Part shown: positions 1 through 9,384 of the stretch, piece by piece
Layout of the letters: every line of letters starts with the position of its first letter
Numbering within the stretch: the stretch's first letter is position 1
NCBI GenBank assembly: GCA_947647645.1
Contig: CANSLE010000001.1
Coordinates: forward strand, 1-40,219
Direction of reading: 5' to 3'
DNA: 40,219 nt
Origin: an uncultured Microbacterium sp.
GTDB taxonomy: Bacteria > Actinomycetota > Actinomycetes > Actinomycetales > Microbacteriaceae
Made by a program: the position numbers and the translations under genes
Notes under the pieces: model-generated
Seen by the model: the letters and a program-made list of their open reading frames with translations, nothing else
The model's database searches: none
Told to the model about the DNA's origin: nothing

Positions 1-225
1 CCAACGCCCGCCTCGCCAATATCCACCATGCCAATGGCCGCCGCCGGCCCAACGGCCGCCACCGCCATGCCAGCGGCCACCGCCGCCAGCCCAACGACCG
101 CCGCCATGGAAACCGCCGCCGTGAAATCCACGGCCACCTCCGCCGCGGAAAGCTTGCGCGTCAGGCGCGATCAGCATCGTCGCCGCACAGAACGCGAGAG
201 CGAGTGTGAAAGCATTGGGTTTCAT
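1..225 (-). CDS. Secreted Gly/Trp/Arg/His-rich low-complexity protein (runs off the window start)
   Basis: Not in the ORF track. ATG at 225-223, GGAGG RBS at 235-231. Manual translation: MKPNAFTLALAFCAATMLIAPDAQA|FRGGGGRGFHGGGFHGGGRWAGGGGRWHGGGGRWAGGGHWHGGYWRGGRW. Sec signal peptide with an A-Q-A cleavage site; frame open to base 1. Confidence 0.85.
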   Translation of the reverse strand, partial: MKPNAFTLALAFCAATMLIAPDAQAFRGGGGRGFHGGGFHGGGRWAGGGGRWHGGGGRWAGGGHWHGGYWRGGRW

Positions 226-256
226 GTTCACCTCCTGAAATATCGAGGTATCAACA

Positions 257-274
257 TTCAACAGCCGCGTTGAA
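257..274. promoter_or_regulatory. Inverted repeat TTCAAC-N6-GTTGAA upstream of the Gly-rich gene (operator candidate)
   Basis: Perfect 6-bp arms about 30 bp upstream of the ATG at 225. Confidence 0.3.
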
Positions 275-335
275 CCTATTCCGATAAAGCGCGGCACGCC
301 AGCAATTTTCTCGCGGCCTTATTTGCGATGAAAGG

Positions 336-351
336 TCTCGCAACTGCGAGA
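336..351. promoter_or_regulatory. Palindrome TCTCGCA-AC-TGCGAGA (operator candidate)
   Basis: Perfect 7-bp arms with a 2-nt spacer in the AT-rich non-coding stretch. Confidence 0.3.
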
Positions 352-554
352 GCCCGGTGTTTTCAATAATTTTCCTAAAGGCTTTTCATTCGACCAAGAT
401 CGTTATCAAGCAATGTATTTAAAAGCATCGAAGATCGTCGCGCCAATTACATGGCGTGTTCAAGGTGTAAGACTCTGCGCAGCAGATCATTTCGTTATTG
501 TGACGCATGAACCGCGCGCGGCATTGGATAAGACGACGTTGTCATGCGACGCCA

Positions 555-911
555 CACGTGCGCGGTGCGCTGGAGGACGCCGATCGCGCGGCCGTGCTGG
601 GCGGGGCGTTGGCACTGCTCGCGCCGAGCGTGCTGACGTCATTCCCATGGCGCGTCCTGGAGGCGCTCGCCATCGGTGTTCCGATCATCGCCGCCGACTC
701 GGCGACCCATCGCGAGGTCGTGTGGGACGGGGGAGTGCTGGCGTCGGTCGGCGAGGATGGCGCCGACGGTGCGTTTGCGGATGCGCTCGCGGGGCTGCTG
801 GGCTCCACGGCGGCGGTCGAACGTCAGGCGGTTCTGGCCGCCGACCGCGGGCGCGCCTTCTCGTGGCTCGGGTCGGCAGAGCGGGTGTGGCAGCTGCACG
901 CGGACCTGTGA
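555..911 (+). pseudogene. 3' fragment of a GT4 (GT-B) glycosyltransferase; 5' part missing
   Basis: HVRGALEDADRAAVLGGA..LLAPS..SFPWRVLEALAIGVPIIAADSATHREV..FSW..SAERVWQLH matches a GT4 C-terminal domain (PS..xF..pvLEA.A.G.P). The upstream sequence is unrelated and has no N-terminal domain. Confidence 0.75.
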
Positions 912-949
912 GAGGCGTGCAGGGGCGCGTCGGTCCTAGGCTGGAGGGC

Positions 950-1867
950 ATGCCTCATTCTGTGGGAGTAGTCGTGCGTACTGCCAACCGCCCGGATTTC
1001 CTCCGGCGCGCGTTGGCCGACATCTCACGGCAGACGCTCACGGATGCGAGTGTCGTCGTCGTTAATGACGGCGGCGCGGCCGATGTGGTCAGGGAGGTCG
1101 TCGCGGCCTCCGCCATCGCAGACAGGACGGTTGTTGTCGATACCGTGGCTCCGGGTGGGCGCTGCGCCGCCGCCAACGCAGGGATCGCGCGCCTCACCAG
1201 CAACTACGTCGTTCTGCACGATGATGACGATCTCTGGGACCCGAGCTTTCTCGCGCGCACCGCGGCGCATCTCGATGCCCATCCCGAGCACGCGGGTGTC
1301 GGGGTGGCGACGGAGATCGTCTATGAGGAACTGCGCGCGGGGACGTGGGTGGAAGTGTCGCGCGTTCCCTTCTGGCGGGACCTGGAACGACTCCGCCTGA
1401 TCGACATGATGGAGAAGAATCGCGCTGTTCCCATCTCCCTGCTCTACCGTCGGGCTCTTCATGAGGATGTCGGGCCGTACGACGAGCGTCTGAGCGCGGT
1501 CGAAGATTGGGAGTTCTACCTTCGTGCGTTGTCGAGATATGACTTCGGGTTCATCGGTGGAGCGCCCCTGGCGTTCTGGACGCAACGCCCTGGCGCGCGC
1601 GGCGCTGCGGGCAACAGCATGTTCACCCTCGAAGAGCAGCATTCGCACGATGATCTTCAAGTCCGCGACCGCGAGCTGCGGGCATGGGTATCGCGTGAGG
1701 GGCTCGGGATGCCCCTGTACATAGCCGACATCCAACGTCGGCTCAGTGAGGAGATGCGTCGCGGATTCGATCGGCAGCTCGAAGCGATGCGCGCAGAGAT
1801 CGACGCCCACCAGCCGTTGCTGTCTAGACTGCGAAAGCTAAGGCGGCGGTTGCGACGGGAGCGCTGA
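950..1867 (+). CDS. GT2 family glycosyltransferase
   Basis: Likely start ATG 950 (MPHSVGVVVRTANRP). Motifs VVVNDGG, LHDDDDLW (DxD), EDWEF. TAGGCT -10 element 7 nt upstream. Confidence 0.88.
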   Translation: MPHSVGVVVRTANRPDFLRRALADISRQTLTDASVVVVNDGGAADVVREVVAASAIADRTVVVDTVAPGGRCAAANAGIARLTSNYVVLHDDDDLWDPSFLARTAAHLDAHPEHAGVGVATEIVYEELRAGTWVEVSRVPFWRDLERLRLIDMMEKNRAVPISLLYRRALHEDVGPYDERLSAVEDWEFYLRALSRYDFGFIGGAPLAFWTQRPGARGAAGNSMFTLEEQHSHDDLQVRDRELRAWVSREGLGMPLYIADIQRRLSEEMRRGFDRQLEAMRAEIDAHQPLLSRLRKLRRRLRRER

Positions 1868-1924
1868 TATGCATGCCGCGGCGTGGTAACCGGCTACGAG
1901 CCCGCTCGCACGACACAATGAAGC

Positions 1925-2437
1925 GTGCCACACACAGATAGTCGTCCCGCTCCCCCCTTGCGTCACGTCACCCGGGCGCTCGTGTCGGTGACGGCCGCAG
2001 CCCTCTGCGGATTTCTCCTCGCTGGCTGCGTTCCTGAGCCTGCTCCGACTGGTTCTTCCGCCCCCGCCACGTCCCACGCACCTTCACCTACGCCGTCGGC
2101 CTCCGGAATGCCGTCAGCGTCGGCGAGCCCAACCCCGACGACGCCGGCGAACGGTCAAGTGCTCATCGTCACCGCGGTACTGGATGGATCCCGCCTCGAC
2201 GTCACGGCGATGATCCCTGGCGTTTCCGAGGACGGCGGCGTGTGCACGCTGAGCCTTGCGGGCTCGGCCGAGAAATCGACAGTGACCGCCGCCGCGGGCA
2301 ACGGTGTGACCTATTGTGGCGTCATGTCGGTCACTGTCCCGCAAGCAAGAGAGTCGGATGGATCGTTCGTCGTCGGCTACGTGTCCGGTACGGTGCGCGC
2401 CGAATCCGCACCGACGACTCTGGCGTCTCTGCGATGA
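1925..2437 (+). CDS. Lipoprotein with a Pro/Ser/Thr-rich linker and a small two-Cys C-terminal domain
   Basis: Hydrophobic stretch ending in lipobox LLAG-C; PST-rich linker; GGVCTLSL...TYCG; ATGA overlap with the next gene. Confidence 0.8.
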   Translation: MPHTDSRPAPPLRHVTRALVSVTAAALCGFLLAGCVPEPAPTGSSAPATSHAPSPTPSASGMPSASASPTPTTPANGQVLIVTAVLDGSRLDVTAMIPGVSEDGGVCTLSLAGSAEKSTVTAAAGNGVTYCGVMSVTVPQARESDGSFVVGYVSGTVRAESAPTTLASLR

Positions 2438-4857
2438 ACCTGCGTTCGCGCGCACGGCGATGGTGTGTTCCTCTTGTGTTGATCGCTGTACTGGCCGGTG
2501 TTCTCGTCGGTCTGCCCGCCTCCGTGATGCCCACCGTCTCCGCGCAAGCGGCTTCGGGGTCGGACTTTGATGCTGGCAACATCATCGATGATGGGGTTTT
2601 CTACAATTCGCAGGCAATGGACGCTGGTGCAGTCCAGAGCTTCCTGAACAGTCAGGTCGCAAACTGCAAGCCGGGGTCCACCTGCCTCAAGGACTATAGG
2701 CAGCGCACCGACGATCGGCCTGCTGACCGATACTGCAAGGGGTACGCGGGCCAGGTCAGCGAGTCGGCGGCGCAGATCATCGACAACGTCGCCCGATCGT
2801 GCGGGATCAGCCAGCAGGTGCTGTTGGTCCTTCTCGAGAAAGAACAGTCCCTGGTGACGTCCCGGGCACCCTCGGAGTGGAACTACTTGTCGGCGACAGG
2901 ACAGGGCTGCCCGGATACGGCGCCGTGCGACTCATCTACCCAAGGGTTTTTCTACCAGGTCTACTACGCGGCGCGGCAGTATCAGATCTACAGGCTCACG
3001 CCCTCGTCCTGGGGGTATCAGGCGGGCCGCTGGAACACTATCCTTTACCATCCCGATCCCGCTCGAAACTGTGGGACGACGCGCGTCTTCATTGCCAATC
3101 AGGCCACAGCCGGACTGTACATCTACACCCCCTACACGCCGAACGCGGCCGCGCTCAGCGATCTTTACGGCACTGGCGACAACTGCTCGTCGTACGGGAA
3201 CCGCAACTTCTGGCGACTCTTCACAGATTGGTTCGGCTCGACTCATGTGCCGAGCAATCCGCACGGTCCCTTCGGCAGCGTGGACGCGGTGCAGGCCACG
3301 CCTGGCTCATTTCAGGTCTCCGGCTGGGTCGCGGACCCCGACTCGAGCGAGTCGATTCCCGTTCACGTGTACGTGAGCGGCGTCGGATATCCGTTCCTCG
3401 CCGACGGCGTTCGAGACGACGTCGGAGCTGCCCTTCCGAACCTTGGCTCACGTCACGGCTTCTCGGTGACCGTGCCGGCGACGGCAACCGGCCCCAACGA
3501 CGTCTGCGTGTACGGCATCAACGTCGGCGCTGGCGGAAATTCCCTGATCAAGTGCACACGTGTGGAGTCCATCGTCGGTTCGCCGACGGGACGTGTCGAG
3601 AGCATCAGCGCGGTTCCTGGCGGCGTCGCCGTGAGCGGATGGGCCTTGGACCCCGATACCGTCTCCTCCATCGACCTGCACGTCTATGTGGACTCGGTCG
3701 GAACGGCGATAAAGGGAGATGCCGTTCGCGACGATGTCGCCGCGGTGTACCCGATGTACGGTTCCCGGCACGGTTTCGGCCAGACGATCCCGGCGGATCC
3801 CGGCCAACACACGGTCTGTGTCTACGGGATAAATGTCGGTTTCGGTTCGAACGTGCAGCTCGGGTGCGCCCAGGTGACGGTTGTGGCACCGGCCGATTCC
3901 GGTCGTGTTCCCATTGGCGTGTTCGAAGGGATCTCTGCCAGGGGTACCTCCGTCAGCGTGAGCGGCTGGGCGCTGGACCCTGACACGACCCTGCCGATCT
4001 CTGTGCGTGTCGACGCTCGGGGCGCCAGTTCCGTCGTCGTCGCGAACTCTCCACGATCGGACGTCGGCTCCGCCTACCCCGGCTACGGCCCGAACCACGG
4101 ATGGGTGGCCACGATCGATCTGCCCGCGGGAACGACGGACGTTTGCGTCACTGCACTCAACACCGGGCGCGGCGGGGATACCGCGCTCGGGTGCAAGTCG
4201 ATCACCGTCGATCTTCCGGATTTGCGGAGGGCTCCGATCGGAGTGCTCGAGGGCGTGGATGTGCGCGGTTCCACCGCTATCGTGTCCGGCTGGGCGCTCG
4301 ACCAGGACACCGTCAGGCCCATACCCGTCCACATCTACGTCAATAGCCGTGGCACGGCCTACCAGGCCGACAAGTCGCGCGCCGATGTGGGTAACGTCTT
4401 CCCACAACAGGGACCGAATCACGGATTTGCCGAGACCGTCTCGCTCCCGCAGGGCACCTCAACGATCTGCGTCTACGCCATCAACAACGGGGACGGTGGC
4501 AACTCCGTCCTCGGCTGTCGGCAGGTGACGGTGACCCCGAACGCGACCCCGCCGTTCGGCAACCTCGAGGCGATCAAGGTCGGTCCCGGCACGGTCACCG
4601 TCGATGGCTGGGCGATCGACCCCGACACGACGGACCCCATCGCCGTGCACGTCTACGTCGACGCCGATGGTTCCGCACACGTCGCCGACGGATATCGCCA
4701 GGATGTCGCTTCGGCTTATCCGGGCCGCGGAGACCGGCATGGTTTCTCCATCACGGTGCCGGCATCGTCGGGTACTCACACGGTGTGCGTGTATCCGATC
4801 AATGACGGGCAGGGGCCTAACACGCTCCTGGGCTGTCGCAGCGTCACGGTTCCGTGA
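2434..4857 (+). CDS. Secreted protein: Cys-containing N-terminal domain (possibly lysozyme-like) plus five ~105-109 aa repeats
   Basis: ATG 2434 overlaps the lipoprotein stop (ATGA). Signal peptide ends at SAQA. N-domain FDAGNIIDD..SCGISQQVLLVLLEKEQSL..YIYTPYTPN..CSSYGNRNFW; then five GWAxDPD repeats. Confidence 0.85.
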   Translation: MNLRSRARRWCVPLVLIAVLAGVLVGLPASVMPTVSAQAASGSDFDAGNIIDDGVFYNSQAMDAGAVQSFLNSQVANCKPGSTCLKDYRQRTDDRPADRYCKGYAGQVSESAAQIIDNVARSCGISQQVLLVLLEKEQSLVTSRAPSEWNYLSATGQGCPDTAPCDSSTQGFFYQVYYAARQYQIYRLTPSSWGYQAGRWNTILYHPDPARNCGTTRVFIANQATAGLYIYTPYTPNAAALSDLYGTGDNCSSYGNRNFWRLFTDWFGSTHVPSNPHGPFGSVDAVQATPGSFQVSGWVADPDSSESIPVHVYVSGVGYPFLADGVRDDVGAALPNLGSRHGFSVTVPATATGPNDVCVYGINVGAGGNSLIKCTRVESIVGSPTGRVESISAVPGGVAVSGWALDPDTVSSIDLHVYVDSVGTAIKGDAVRDDVAAVYPMYGSRHGFGQTIPADPGQHTVCVYGINVGFGSNVQLGCAQVTVVAPADSGRVPIGVFEGISARGTSVSVSGWALDPDTTLPISVRVDARGASSVVVANSPRSDVGSAYPGYGPNHGWVATIDLPAGTTDVCVTALNTGRGGDTALGCKSITVDLPDLRRAPIGVLEGVDVRGSTAIVSGWALDQDTVRPIPVHIYVNSRGTAYQADKSRADVGNVFPQQGPNHGFAETVSLPQGTSTICVYAINNGDGGNSVLGCRQVTVTPNATPPFGNLEAIKVGPGTVTVDGWAIDPDTTDPIAVHVYVDADGSAHVADGYRQDVASAYPGRGDRHGFSITVPASSGTHTVCVYPINDGQGPNTLLGCRSVTVP
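3268..4854 (+). repeat. Five tandem intragenic domain repeats
   Basis: Units start near 3268, 3583, 3910, 4234 and 4552. Consensus PxGxxExV..V.GWAxDPDT..PI.VHVYV..A...R.DV...YP..G..HGF..TV..G.H.VCVY.IN.G.G.N..LGC..V.V. Confidence 0.9.
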
Positions 4858-4957
4858 GGTTCAGTCCCTGAGGGTGAGTCCTGTGGGTGGTATCGCCCAC
4901 CGGACTCTCGCTGTGTCGCCCCTGGCAGCGCCCGACGCAGCATGCTCTCAGCGCTAG

Positions 4958-5986
4958 GTGTGATGTCCGGAGGCGTTTGTTTCGGAGTCACGGCCGTGAG
5001 GAGCTGATGGGTGAGGGCCTCCGGTTGTGAAGTGGAGCTGTTGAGTTCCGCCGCTTCATGAACCAGGAGGCCCTCGTGTCCCACGCTAACGCTGCCCTCA
5101 CCCCGCGCGCCCGACTCCGACTCGCGCGCCTGATCGTTGAGGATGGATGGACACCGCAGGTCGCGGCGAAGATGTTCATGGTCTCACCTGTTACCGCCCG
5201 CAAGTGGGCCGCTCGGCTGCGCGGCGAAGGACAGGTCGGAATGTCGGATCGGTCGAGCGGGCCCCGGTCGATGCCGACGAAGACGCCACCGGCGATAGGG
5301 AAGCGGATCGTGAAGGCAGGGTGGCGTCGGCGGCTCGGCCCGATCCAGATCGCTGGCGAAGTCGGACTTCCCGCCTCGACCGTCCACGCGGTTCTGGCGC
5401 GACGCCGGATCAACCGGCTCTCGTCGATCGACCGGGTCACGCGAGAACCGATACGTCGTTACGAGCATGACCATCCCGGGGCGTTGATACACGTCGATGT
5501 CACGAAGTTCGGCAACATCCTCGACGGCGGTGGATGGCGCTTCGTGGGGCCAGCCCAGGGCGAACACAACCGAGAGGCCGCCGCTACCCGCCTGCAGAGC
5601 CGGAATCGCCGCTACGAGCCGCGCTTGTGCGCCGCGTTCGTGCACACGGTCATCGATGACCACTCCCGCGTCGCTTACGGCGAGATCTGCTCTGACGAGA
5701 GAGCCGCAACAGCGATCGGGGTCCTGCGCCGGGCCGTGACCTGGTTCGCCGACCACGGTATCAGCGTCGAACGCGTCCTCTCGGACAACGGGTCCGCCTA
5801 CAAGTCGCACGCCTGGCGCGATGCCTGCGCAGAAGACCCGCCCTTACCGGCCGCAGACCAACGGGAAGGTCGAGCGATTCCACCGTACCCTGGCTGACTG
5901 CACTTCTACAATCAACACAGGCACCACTCCGCTATAGGGGCCCCGCCCATTAGCAGGATCGAAAACAACCTGCCCGGACATCACAC
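4958..5986 (+). mobile_element. IS481-family insertion sequence (decayed)
   Basis: Terminal inverted repeats GTGTGATGTCCGG (4958-4970) and CCGGACATCACAC (5974-5986), containing the TGT..ACA ends typical of IS481. Flanked by CTAG (4954-4957) and CTGG (5987-5990); about 1.03 kb. Confidence 0.9.
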
Positions 5987-5990
5987 CTGG
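5076..5990 (+). pseudogene. IS481-family transposase pseudogene (two internal deletions with frameshifts)
   Basis: GTG start after AGGAGG; SHANAALTPRARLRL HTH, IHVDVTK, IDDHSR, SDNGSAY. At ~5831 the frame shifts to KTRPYRPQTNGKVERFHRTLA, then at ~5898 to LHFYNQHRHHSAIG..NNLPGHHT, with the usual intervening segments missing. Confidence 0.88.
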
Positions 5991-7435
5991 TGGTCGGCCC
6001 CGGTCGCGGGTGCGGCCGCGTGCGCGCGGAGGTAGCCGGTGAGGGCGTCGTGCCAGTCATCCGGGGCGAAGCCGAGTTTCTCGGCGTCGATCAGGAGGGT
6101 GCTATTCGCGGGGCGGGGTGAGACAGGCCCCGACGCATCTGCGAAGTACTCCGCCGTGGTGACCGGCGTGACCCGTTGCGGGTCGTTTCCTGTCATGCGG
6201 AAGATAAGCTGCGCGATTTCGTACCAGGACGCCGGCTCACCTCCGTTCGTGACGTTGTACACGCCGAAGGGTGCGCTGTTTCTGAGCAGCCGGTCGATCG
6301 CGAGCGCCAAGGTGGAGGTGAATGTTAGTCTGCCGCGCTGATCGTTGACCACACATGGGTCCACGCCGCGCGCGGCGAGCCGCGCCATCGTCCGCACGAA
6401 GTTATTCCCGTCGCCGATCACCCAGCTGGTGCGGAGGATGTAGTGCCGAGGCACCGTAGAGACGATCGCGTCGGCGGCTGCCTTGGTCTGGCCATACACA
6501 CCCAGCGGCGCCAGTGCATCGTCGATGGTGTACTCCGACTCCTTGCGCCCATCGAACACATAGTCGCTCGACACGTGGACCAGGGTGATGCCATGGTCCG
6601 TCGCGATTCGCGCCAGGGCTGCGACCCCCGTCACATTGGTCTTCCAAGCGGCGGCGCGACCTTCGGGGGTCTCCGCGGCGTCGACGGCGGTGAACGCGGC
6701 GGCATTGATGATGACACCGTAATCGCGCCAACGCCGGGCGGTGGCGAGGTTGTCGTCGGCGAGATCCAGTTCCTGTCGGGTCGCCCATTCGATGTGGATG
6801 GCGTCACCGAAACGCTCGCGCAATGCCCTGCCCAGCTGTCCGTGCGAGCCGATGACGAGAGTGCGTCGCGGTAGCATGGCAACGACATCGGCCAACCGCG
6901 GATGCTCGCGATCTTTCATGGAGATCTCCGCATCCTCGAGCGGGATAGGCCAGTCAATAGCCGCCGAGTCATCCGCAAGGTTGAGGAAGGTGTACGCGCC
7001 CGACGGAGTCCAGTGGTCGTTCACGAGATACGTGTACGCCGTGTCGGGCTCGAGCGTCTGATAGGCGTTACCGACGCCCCGGGGGACGAAGATCGCCCGC
7101 GACGGGTCGATCTCAGCAGTGAACACCGTGCCGAACGTTGGGCCCTCACGAAGGTCGACCCACGCTCCGAAGATGCGTCCGGTTGCGACCGAGACGTATT
7201 TGTCCCATGGCTCTGCGTGGATGCCGCGGGTAGTGCCCACCGCATCGTTGAAGGAGATGTTGTTCTGCACCGGGCCGAAGTCCGGCAGGTCAATTCCCGT
7301 AGCGGTCATCTTTGCCCGCTGCCAGTTCTCCTTGAACCATCCGCGCGCGTCGCCGTGCACCGGAAGCTCGATCAGCACCATCCCGGGGATCGGTGTGGGG
7401 GTAACTCCGAGGGGCTTGCCGAATTCGACGCCCAC
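5981..7435 (-). CDS. rmlCD: Fused dTDP-4-dehydrorhamnose 3,5-epimerase / reductase (RmlC-RmlD)
   Basis: GTG 7435, 2 nt after the rmlB stop. RmlC motifs HGDARGWFKE, RGIHAEPW, GNAYQTL; RmlD motifs GSHGQLG, SSDYVFDG, YGQTK, RPANS. Confidence 0.93.
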   Translation of the reverse strand: MGVEFGKPLGVTPTPIPGMVLIELPVHGDARGWFKENWQRAKMTATGIDLPDFGPVQNNISFNDAVGTTRGIHAEPWDKYVSVATGRIFGAWVDLREGPTFGTVFTAEIDPSRAIFVPRGVGNAYQTLEPDTAYTYLVNDHWTPSGAYTFLNLADDSAAIDWPIPLEDAEISMKDREHPRLADVVAMLPRRTLVIGSHGQLGRALRERFGDAIHIEWATRQELDLADDNLATARRWRDYGVIINAAAFTAVDAAETPEGRAAAWKTNVTGVAALARIATDHGITLVHVSSDYVFDGRKESEYTIDDALAPLGVYGQTKAAADAIVSTVPRHYILRTSWVIGDGNNFVRTMARLAARGVDPCVVNDQRGRLTFTSTLALAIDRLLRNSAPFGVYNVTNGGEPASWYEIAQLIFRMTGNDPQRVTPVTTAEYFADASGPVSPRPANSTLLIDAEKLGFAPDDWHDALTGYLRAHAAAPATGADHQV

Positions 7436-7437
7436 GG

Positions 7438-8499
<1,062 letters not shown>

Positions 8500-8502
8500 T
8501 CA

Positions 8503-9384
8503 ATGCGCGGCATCATCCTGGCCGGCGGCACTGGTTCCCGCCTCCACCCGATCACTTTGGGTGTTTCGAAGCAGTTGGTCCCGGTCTACGACAAACCGAT
8601 GATCTACTATCCGCTGTCGACCCTCATCCTCGCCGGGATCCGTGACATCCTCATCATCACGACGCCCTATGACTCCGATCATTTCCGCCGACTTCTCGGT
8701 GACGGGACGGCCTTCGGCGTCTCCATAACTTATGCCCAGCAGCCGTCGCCCGACGGGCTGGCGCAGGCGTTTGTCATCGGTGCCGATCACATCGGCGACG
8801 ATTCTGTCGCGTTGGTACTCGGAGACAACATTTTTTACGGGCAGGGCATGGGCACGCGTCTTCGCCAGTACGACGACCCCGCCGGTGGGGTGATCTTCGG
8901 CTACTGGGTGAGCGAGCCCTCAGCGTACGGCGTCGTGGAGTTCGACGGCGGCGGAAATGTGGTCTCCCTAGAGGAGAAGCCCGCCGCGCCAAAGAGCAAT
9001 TACGCCGTTCCTGGTCTCTATTTCTATGACAACGATGTCATCGATATCGCGAAGGCTCTTGCACCCTCGCCTCGCGGAGAGCTCGAGATCACCGATATCA
9101 ACCGCGAGTACCTCCGCCGCGGAACCCTGCGCGTCGAGGTTCTTCCCCGCGGCACGGCCTGGCTTGACACGGGAACCTTCGACTCGCTGAGTGAGGCGAC
9201 GGAATTCGTCCGCACCGTCGAGAAGCGCCAGGGGCTGTCGATCGGATGCCCAGAGGAGGTCGCCTGGCGGATGGGGTTCTTGAGCGATGATGAGCTCCGC
9301 GCTCGCGCCGAAGCGCTCGCGAAGAGCGGCTACGGGGAGTATTTGCTGCGCGCGCTGGCTCAGGGATCGGGTGCGCCTCGGTGA
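8503..9384 (+). CDS. rmlA: Glucose-1-phosphate thymidylyltransferase
   Basis: [59 protein letters not shown]. Confidence 0.97.
   Translation: MRGIILAGGTGSRLHPITLGVSKQLVPVYDKPMIYYPLSTLILAGIRDILIITTPYDSDHFRRLLGDGTAFGVSITYAQQPSPDGLAQAFVIGADHIGDDSVALVLGDNIFYGQGMGTRLRQYDDPAGGVIFGYWVSEPSAYGVVEFDGGGNVVSLEEKPAAPKSNYAVPGLYFYDNDVIDIAKALAPSPRGELEITDINREYLRRGTLRVEVLPRGTAWLDTGTFDSLSEATEFVRTVEKRQGLSIGCPEEVAWRMGFLSDDELRARAEALAKSGYGEYLLRALAQGSGAPR

Noticed and set aside
28-273. Plus-strand Ala/Thr/Pro-rich 81-aa ORF
   Set aside because: It is the antisense shadow of the minus-strand Gly-rich gene, which has an RBS and a signal peptide.
259-282. ECF-sigma promoter GGAAT...GTTG on the minus strand
   Set aside because: The spacer is only 15 nt, shorter than typical ECF promoters.
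413-949. N-terminal 179 aa of the 484-aa ORF
   Set aside because: An off-frame read through the spacer and GT4 fragment; GT2 homology and the promoter point to ATG 950.
3268-4854. CRISPR-like or nucleotide-level repeat array
   Set aside because: The repeats are diverged, in-frame protein domains; there are no identical repeats with spacers and no cas genes in the window.
4855-4882. Imperfect 14-nt direct repeat after the secreted protein stop (TGAGGTTCAGTCCC / TGAGGGTGAGTCCT)
   Set aside because: Only two copies with several mismatches; compatible with chance.
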